This document shows positions 55,494-64,000 of a stretch of DNA of 64,000 nucleotides, piece after piece. The notes under the pieces were generated by a model. The model was not told where the DNA came from, did no database searches, and saw nothing but the letters and a program-made list of their open reading frames with translations. How positions within the stretch are numbered: the stretch's first letter is position 1; every line of letters begins with the position of its first letter. The stretch covers positions 124,001 through 188,000 of the forward strand of contig ADNK01000870.1 of assembly GCA_000320545.1 (NCBI GenBank), written 5' to 3'. The translations under genes and the position numbers were made by a program. This DNA is from Bigelowiella natans CCMP2755. Taxonomy: Eukaryota > Protista > Cercozoa.

Positions 55494-57101
55494 GCGGTGT
55501 CTTTCCTCTCTTACCGACGCTTTAAAAAATAATGATTTGCTCATCTTCATCATGCTCTGGAATGATGTGGTTGTTGTGGATAAATTTATTATTCAACAAC
55601 GACAGATTTGAAGTGTTAATTTCTGTTTACGAAACATGCAAGAATCTTTTCACATTGAACAAGCGTCGTTTGGTTGCACGTGTGTGTGTACGTAGATTAT
55701 CTTTTGTCGTATCCAACTATCGCACGTCTGGACGTTCTAGCGTTAAGGGTTTGGCTTTTGCATTTTTGTGTATTCACTGTCTCTAGCGCTGCCCATGCCT
55801 AGATGCCACTACTTCTCATAAAATTTGATTTTTCAGAACAAGCCTGCAGCACTTATGATAGACACAGTAACATCATATATACATCATAGTACATGTATTA
55901 TATTACATGTCTATCATCACTGCTGCACTGATGAGCGAAGTCATGGCTAGTCTTAGTAACCAAAATGTGCATGATGAATGGGAAAGTTTAGAAGTAGCCG
56001 AACTTGAATGATGACTGCGGGAATTGCTAGATTGTGTTGTTGTTCTGTCTAGACATACGTAGCATGCAGTTCTAGCAGAGTGATGCTTGGCATGTTGTTT
56101 AGCTAGCTATAGAGACTAGGCAACTGTGCTTGCATGCATGTTGCACATTGAGACCATGGAATGCATTGATTGCATGCTAGCATGTTTTCAATGGTGCAAT
56201 CCCAACAGGCTAACAATGTGGCTGTCTAGCTGTGCAGCACATCGCCCACGATGTAACGCTCATGTTGTCTAATTGTTATTCACAGTGTGCCAGAAAGCGA
56301 CACGCGCGCTGCTAGGCTGCTAGCTGGTTAGCGTGTGTCGTAGCGGACGTCCCAGCACAGACAATTATAGCAGAGCACTCAAGCATTACTAGACTAGAGA
56401 AGGCAAAAAAACAATTCTTTGCATTGCACATGCAACTTTTCCAAAGAAAGTCTTTTTGAGACATGCAAGCTAGCAAGGCTAGATGGAAGGTTGTCGGCTT
56501 CATTTGCCGCTCTAGCACTAGAGCACTCGAATGAAACCCTGCAGCGATTTCGCGTTGAAGATTTTGTCCACGTACCGTACAACCACGCTAGCTAGCTAGC
56601 TAGCTCGATCTGACATGCTAGCATGTCATGTGAGCTAGACAAGGCTAAAAATCGAAGGTCAGAAACTAGGCATGCCCCTTGTTATGGTGTTCGATTCTGT
56701 GAGACAGCAAGTGCGCTGATGCATGAGATTTCACATGCTAGCATGTTTCAAGATTCAAGATGAGAACTAAAGAAGGCTACGACGCGCATTGTTCTGGCAT
56801 TGCGCGCACGCATGTGCTAGCGCCGCGTGGCGGCATGCGCTAGATGTGTACATAATTGTGTCACATGCAGCGATGGCAACACATGACATGATAGTAATAG
56901 ACCTAGTAACATCATGACATTCCTCATTTGTACAAGCTTGGCCAATACAGCAGCTAGGGAGCGAGCTAGCGACTTGCTGCGCATGTTTATTGCATGATGA
57001 TCGATGCACATGGTAGAAACACTACTTCATATCAAATAAAATGTCAGCTTCATCGATCTAGTGTCTACAACTACTACTACCACTACTTAAAAAACAGATT
57101 T

Positions 57102-60100
57102 TCAGCTCTCATCTTCGTCTTCGTCATCGTCGTCTTCAGAATCGTCTTCCTCGCCTTCCGCAACTTTAATCTTGAGCTTGTATTCTTGATCGCAGCCAAG
57201 ATACGAGTCACACATGAAAAACAGTTTGAAATCGTAGATTCCTTCAGCTGGCGCAATGAAGTCCAGCTTAGATTTGTGCATCTTTTTTCGCATTATGACC
57301 TTCTTAATTGACATGAGTTTATTTTTCTTCGGATCTCCGATCACAATCCACCAAGCTTCATTCTTAGGCTCTGGGTATCGTTGAGAATAGACTGGTTCTA
57401 CCACGTTGACATTTTTGGAATCCTCCTCCTCATCATCCTCGTCATCAGCATCACGCTCCAACGCAACCAGGACCTCCACACGACTACCTGCTGTAATTTC
57501 TTCGGAGTCCACAACCTCATACTTCAATTCGATATTTGGATAAGCGTTGCACATTGTCGCCACGTCGTCAAGCTTAGATGCAGACATTGAGCTCAAAAGT
57601 TCCAATCGATCATCATCCTCCATATCAAGAAGGTCAAAGATACTCTTGATTCCTGTCTTGTCACATTTGGCTGCAAGCTCCTTGGTCATGTGTGGAATTT
57701 GCAATAGTACCGAATCCGTGCTCCATATACCTTGGACAATCATTTGCGAGAGCTCCATCGCTGCAAGAGCAGGCTCAAGCCAACCGGCACTGCTGATCAC
57801 ATCCACAATAGCCGATAACAGCCTTGAAGCAATGGGAAGGAGACCATCTCTGTCAGCTTGAATCGTTGGAGATAGATTTTGCCTTGAAAAATGCGACTGC
57901 AAGAGGAGATGGGTCTTCACTGCGGGGCTGTGATATCCTACATCGGCCGCTACTTTAACAGGCATACGGCGAGCAAGTCTTTCCAGCGCTCTTTCTTCAC
58001 CCTGTCGGAGTGGTATGGTTTCGAATTCACCGGCATGTGAGAGAATTTCCATGAGTCCTTTCATCTTCGTTCCCTTGGCGAGAGAAGAGTTAAAGAGCTC
58101 TACAGTCGAGTAGTTGATGTAGTAGTATGAGGAGATCATGCCAAGATTAAGAGGTGCAAGGTCCATATCATCAACAGAAATGCATTTGGAGGATTCAAGG
58201 TCATTAAGTGTAGACTCAACCAGCTCGGACAAGTGGTCAGAAAGATGGCGGTTTGAAGTTCCCTGTAGATTGTAGTAGTTCGGATTTTGGGTTAATCTTC
58301 TCCACATGAACGTCCATGTCATGTAGTCAACAGCATCCTGGAAAGTCTCAATTGTCTTTGTTCCAATCTCAGCGTTGAGATGGTTGTGCAAGAAGTGGTC
58401 CATGTGAGATTCGACAGGAAATGGTTCGTATAAGAATTTCTTGTAAAATTCCTTTTTAGGTGCGTAACAAAATATACTGCATTTTCCGTTGGTATCTTCT
58501 AGTGGGCGGCATGCGCGACCCATCATCTGAACAACACTTGTGATTGGATAGTCTACATACCGATGTTCTGTGCCGTCATAGTACTGAGTACCCATAACGA
58601 TTACTAAATGCGCTGCGATCGTTAATCCCCAACATAATTTATGCTCTACGACTACAACTTGAATAGCCCCAGCACTGTATAACTCTTTGACAACATTTTT
58701 TTCGGTTTCCGTAAGACCAGTGTGAAGGATGCCTACCCCCTGAGCCAGAGTCTGCTTTAGCGTCTCGTTCTTAATTTGTTTCAGGTAGTCCTTCATATCT
58801 CCTTCATCTGCAATCAAAAATTTCTTTGCATCCTCTTCCGCTGCAGCGTAGTTGAGGAGCTCCACGGCGGTTCGGCCAGTTTGTTTACGTGAAGGAACGA
58901 AAACGATCACAGGCTTGCCCACAGATAGTCGCTTAACAGTCAAGTATGTTGGTTTGCTCATAGCCAACATTCTGGAGGGATGGTGATTAATTCCAAAGCC
59001 TTGTAGTCGAATCTCAAGGGGGACTGGCCTAACGTTAGGGTGAAAATTATAAAGGTGGGTGGAGGATGCACCAATCCAATCTCCCAAGTCCTTTGCATTC
59101 GCAACAGACGTTCCAAGAGCCACAACACGGATCTTGTTTTCAGTTTGGGCTGCGATGTAGCGCATACGAGAAACGATGACTTCCAAAACAGGCCCAACGT
59201 CACCACCGATCAGATGAATTTCGTCAGCAATAAATAAACTCACAGTTTGTACGTCTTTCCTATTCTTCCATCTCCGCGACATAATATCCCATGCTTTTGG
59301 AGTTGAGATAACAATTTGTCCTTGTTTGAGGGTTCGAAGATCTTCTTGACCGCCTGTGAGCTTTACAACTCGAAGACCAAGGCCCTTTCCAAATTTGATT
59401 GACCAATCGTCATACCTTTCATCGGCTAACTCTTGCAAGGGTGCAATGTAAACACAGCGCCCACTACTCATTTTTTTTCCAGATGCCAATTGCGAAAGCA
59501 TTCTTAAAACTGCAAGTTCAGCACAAACGGTCTTTCCAGAGCCTGTAGGAGCAGTGATCAACACGTTGCTGTCGCTCTTATACAGAGAATTGAAGGCTTG
59601 GGTTTGGATGGGGTTGAATACTTTGTACTTTCCGCTGTAAAGTCTGATGAACTTTTCATTCTGCAATTCAGCAATTGAAAGGGGCTGCAGATCCAGCAAC
59701 TCTGTTGGAGCAGCATACCTTTCTGGCAAAATAAGATGCCTGAACGATACTGGTAACATACTAGTCGCTCCAAGCCATCGATCAGACATGACCCTGATGA
59801 AGTATTGAGGTGGCATTGGTTCGTATATTGGAATGGTGAAAGTAAGAGAATGCATTTCCTTCGAAAATTGTTCCTTTAGAATAAAGTATTCAGAGTGGAG
59901 AATCGTCTCCCCATCAACATCCTCAACCATAATCCAAAATGGTTCCGCGTAGCCATGAAGCTTCTTCTTAAAGTCGAAATCCGGAGTAATTGAAAGCTCT
60001 ATCCTCAATACGGTGCGCGTGATTGGCTGAACGTGAGCCTGTAATTCGACACGGGGCAGCTGGTGTACACATCTGTGGATACGCTTACCCATGCTCGGGA

Positions 60101-63100
60101 AACGCACCAACTCGCCGATTGCGTGTGGTTGCAGGTCATAAAGCCTGTCCCAGGAGAATTCTTTACCTTCAATTCTCTTAATAATTCCTGGTGGGATTCC
60201 TCGAAATTGTCGTAGGGGTGACTGAGCTCCCCACATTCTGTGGGATATCATATTACACAAGTTGAGACACTTGACAGCCGCGGCTGCCCATCCACGTTTT
60301 TGAGCTATTTCGAACATCGCGCGCATCACCCTACCAGCACTCTGTGTGATGTAAACCATGTCAGACATCAAAGCATATCCTTCGAGAGAAAGCCTGGAAA
60401 TGTAAGCTTGTAGGAGCACGTTGACTTTTGCGGATGGTTCATCTATCCCTTCTTTCACAGGAATTGGGACCTTGTCCAACAACCTTGCTAACTCAAGCTT
60501 CTCCTCACTTCTCACCGTTATAAACTGGAACTCGGAAGAGAGAGAGAATACTCTGAAAAGTTCTATATCACTCATATGAGGTTTCATGTATTCGTTAAAT
60601 ACAGCCATAGACTGGTGAGTGATGTAGTAGTGACTTGCTACAACTCCCAAATCCGTGACTTGGAAAGTCCCGGACTGACGATTGTATTTGATCATGTTAT
60701 GCTTCTCGAGGGTTGATGCTGCACTATGAATCAAATCTACTCGGCGTTGTTCCAGCACGCTATCTGACTCCAGAGTTGAAGAGTCTACTGAGTAAAGATG
60801 GGGACTTCGGAGCATACGAACGTAAAGGTATGTATATCCTAACCACTGCACCGCTTCCTCTACGTTCTGCACAGTACCAAGTACTATTTCTGCGTTAAGA
60901 TTATCTGCCATCTTCTTGATATACTGGCTTTCAATAGGCAACTGCTCGTTGAGGAGTGAAAGATAGTAGTGGAGCTCTGAGTGGGATGTAATGAGGATGC
61001 CTTCCCCAAATTCGTCATACTGGGGACGGCCAGCTCGTCCCATCATTTGCATTATATCAAGAGGGCTCAGCTCCACCCAAGTCCCCTGTTCAGGGCTGTA
61101 AATCTGGGTTCCCTTTATAATGACGCTGTGTGCGGGTAGATTTACTCCCCATGCCAACGTCGCCGTACACACTAAAACCTGAATATGGCGATCACCAAAA
61201 AGTTCCTCAACGAGTTGTCTATCTTCCTTTTTCATTCCAGCATGGTGAATAGCGAAGCCGTAAGGGAGCAATTCTTTGAGTCCTTCGTGTTTGACAGATT
61301 CGGATTCATCTTGGAGCACGGCTCGATGACCAGAATCGTCATCAAGAAACTTTTGCAGCTCTTCTCTATCGAGAGCAGTGTCCCTTAGGAATTTTGCGGT
61401 CGTCAGAGTTTCCTTACGAGAATGCACAAAAACAAGGACCTGATTCTTACCAGCATTCTGTAAGACTTTATCGTAGCAAATCTCATTCATCATCTGATAC
61501 CGCTTGAAAGCTTTCTTTGCAGTAACACCAATGTACTGTTGCGCCAAAGGGCATGGTCGATACGAATTATCGAAGAAAAATAACCCCTTTTTAGGACCAT
61601 CAAGCTTGACGCGAAGGAACATAGCTACATCTCGATAGTTCGGTAGGGTTGCACTTAAGCCCACAATTCTAATGAGTTGCTGCGTGCTTTCAGTCTGTCG
61701 AATTGAACGAGCAACGATGCTTTCAAGGACTGGTCCCCGGGAATCATGAAGAAGGTGAATCTCGTCAATTATCACCAATTTTACAAGCTGTGTGTAGGTT
61801 CGCTCCCCGTTCTTTCTTGTAACGATGTCCCATTTCTCAGGTGTTACAATGAGAAGTTGCGTTTCATCGATTTGCGACTTTGTAAGTTGACTATCACCCG
61901 TGAGCTCTGCAACCTTAATTCCGTAATCTTTTAGTCTCTTACCGAAGTTTAATACCATCTCTTGCGCCAAAGATTTCATTGGAGCGACATATATGATCTT
62001 GAAGGCATTCACATTGATGCTACCATCCTTATTCATGTGCATGCCTATTTCTCGAAGTATCGTGAGAAGCGCACAATTTGTTTTTCCGGCACCAGTGGGG
62101 GCACAGATCAGCATGTTGTGAGAGGATTTAAAAGCGCATGGGTAAACGGCACTCTGAATCCGGTTTAGCTTCTCCATGCCTTTAAATGGCAACTGCGCCC
62201 ATTCTGGGAGATCAGAGAAAGGTATGAGTTTCTCTCCCTTAGCAACTGGTTTCTTCTTCAAACATGGAATATGTACTTCTTGATAACCCTTTTTGTTCAG
62301 AATTTCAGAATTTTTCGGAAGTTTGCACTCTTTGGTTGACATGAAACGGGCTCCTTCCTGGAATGCAAGGGAGTCTAAATCAAGTAAAGCCTTGGGACGT
62401 TTATTCCAGAAGGTCTCAGATGTATCTGCTCCGCCATCATCTTGTTCCATTCTTGCATTTGCTTCTCTCATTGCCTCCCTTTGCTTAGCAGCATCCCTTT
62501 CCCCTGCAGTAGCTGTTTTCTTCAGCGCTTGCAAGATGGGAGCTAGTTTTGCATCCTTCGCCATTTCTTCTTCGATCTGGATTTTTTCATCTCCTTTGGC
62601 TCTCGCAAGCTTGATACAGTAAACAATTTTATGCCTGTTTTTTCTCAGTTTTCGAATGAAGCTGAACTTGTCGTAGTCGAGTTCCTCAACAAGCTGGTTT
62701 TCACATGCAACATCATTATTTTCCGGATTCGACAGAATTATGTACACTCTTTCTGCGACACTAGCAGATGTGTGAGCATCCTTGTAGTATTCAGAAAGCT
62801 GACGTTGTAGCCAGAAAGCGTCAATAGATCGGACTTTGAGTTCGTCCTGCTTCTCAGTATCTGTGTCTTTCACATCTTCGTTGGCACTTTTAGACGATAT
62901 TTTAAAAGTTCGGTCTGCTTCGACACCCTCCTCTACCATATCCTCTTCTTTTACTTCGTCAAGACCGCTATCTTCATCGTCTTCATCTGCATCAAATATC
63001 ACAGGAACCTCGATTTCTTCATCCATTCCTTTTTTTTCGTCCTCGGCCTGTAAATCAAAAGCTTCAGATAAAAAAGAGATTAATACAAACAAAGGGAGTC

Positions 63101-63826
63101 TAGACCTGGTGGGTCTCCAGTTGGGCGGTATAATCCGTTATTTTTTTCGACACGTTAAGAAATCTTCCAAAGCGCTCGTCGTCCATGCCCTTCGATTTGC
63201 CGAAAAGGGCACCGAGGTCTTTACGTTGCTCTTTTTGCTTGACGTTATCCTCTTTCATGATTGCTAGGACTTCATCAGCTGCGCTCTGTAATACATCGTG
63301 GGGCTTATCCCCCATCTCTTTTTGGATGAGATTCAGCAGCATCTCGTAGGCTTGTTTTGTGTCTCTTGTTTGTGGGCGGTAGAACGCGTCCACTTGGGCA
63401 TTCAGCACGTTCATCGATGCATCTATCTGTCGCGCTTTCGCTCGGGACGCCGCTCCAACTCCCTGTTCCAAATCCTTCTTCTTTTTTTGTCTTTTTTTCA
63501 GGCGTTCCTGCATAAATAGGTTTACGCATCACTCGTAAAGAAAAAATCCAATAATAAATGGCAATGCCCACCTGCAGTTCATCCGGACGACCACGGTTGA
63601 TTTTATCTCCCATTTTCGTGAGGAGTTCCTTGGTGCTAAACCTGTCCCTGAGAGTAGTTACCTCTCCAGTCGGCTCCGAGTCCCGGGGTCTCTTCCCTCT
63701 CTCGAGCTGGAGAACGAGGTTGGAGTTCTGCAACATAACATGGAGCATGAAAAAAAGTGAAAGAATACGACTCCCACACCGCTACATTACCGCTCGATAC
63801 TCATAAGTCCTCTTGTTATCCCCCAT
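57102..63826 (-). CDS. SNRNP200: U5 snRNP 200-kDa helicase Brr2
   Basis: Start MGDNKRTYEYRA|NSNLVLQ...EPTGEV. The 1996-aa ORF carries two Ski2-like helicase cassettes (APTGAGKT/DEIH and APTGSGKT/DEIH) and Sec63 units, ending DSYLGCDQEY. Three short introns near the 5' end. Confidence 0.98.
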
Positions 63827-64000
63827 GATTCCTCGATGGGTATTTCAATTGGTTCTCCAACAGGACGGTTAGCTTCCTCGTTCTTGTTCTCTGCTCCTTG
63901 CGCACAAGATTGGTCTTCTGTGTAGATCGTGTCTCCTCCTCTGCGCACCACGAGTAAGTTGGAAAGATTATGGTTTCGAATTTCCCTCTAATTTTATGGA

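Noticed and set aside
1-64000. Transposons, tRNA, rRNA and snRNA genes
   Set aside because: No transposase or RT motifs, terminal repeats or recognisable structured-RNA signatures seen by eye. A covariance-model search (Infernal, tRNAscan-SE) would be needed to exclude them.

Overview
Eukaryotic nuclear DNA: gene-dense, with spliceosomal GT-AG introns and many introns packed with microsatellites. Several genes carry signal-peptide plus transit-like bipartite leaders, and one is a PSRP6-like plastid ribosomal protein. This points to an alga with a secondary green plastid (chlorarachniophyte, Bigelowiella-like; inference). Genes in order: partial Cdc48-N-domain-like gene (-), Rab GDI (+), a ~23 kb multidomain gene (thioredoxin / putative Cys-protease / UBA / DUF3638-DUF3645 P-loop / EF-hands / NZF fingers) (-), a hypothetical leader-bearing protein (-), PSRP6-like (+), TBC RabGAP (-), a probable organelle-targeted TsaE-TsaD fusion (+), SmD2 (-), a CX3CX2C-type Elp3 with a C-terminal transmembrane tail (+) and Brr2/SNRNP200 (-). 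Highlights are the TsaE-TsaD fusion gated by a stop-containing in-frame intron, the tail-anchored Elp3, the giant ubiquitin/redox/Ca-linked ATPase, palindromic-word (GCTA)n tracts downstream of every gene 3' end, and tandem amplification of splice sites. Gene models were spliced by eye, so internal exon boundaries are approximate.
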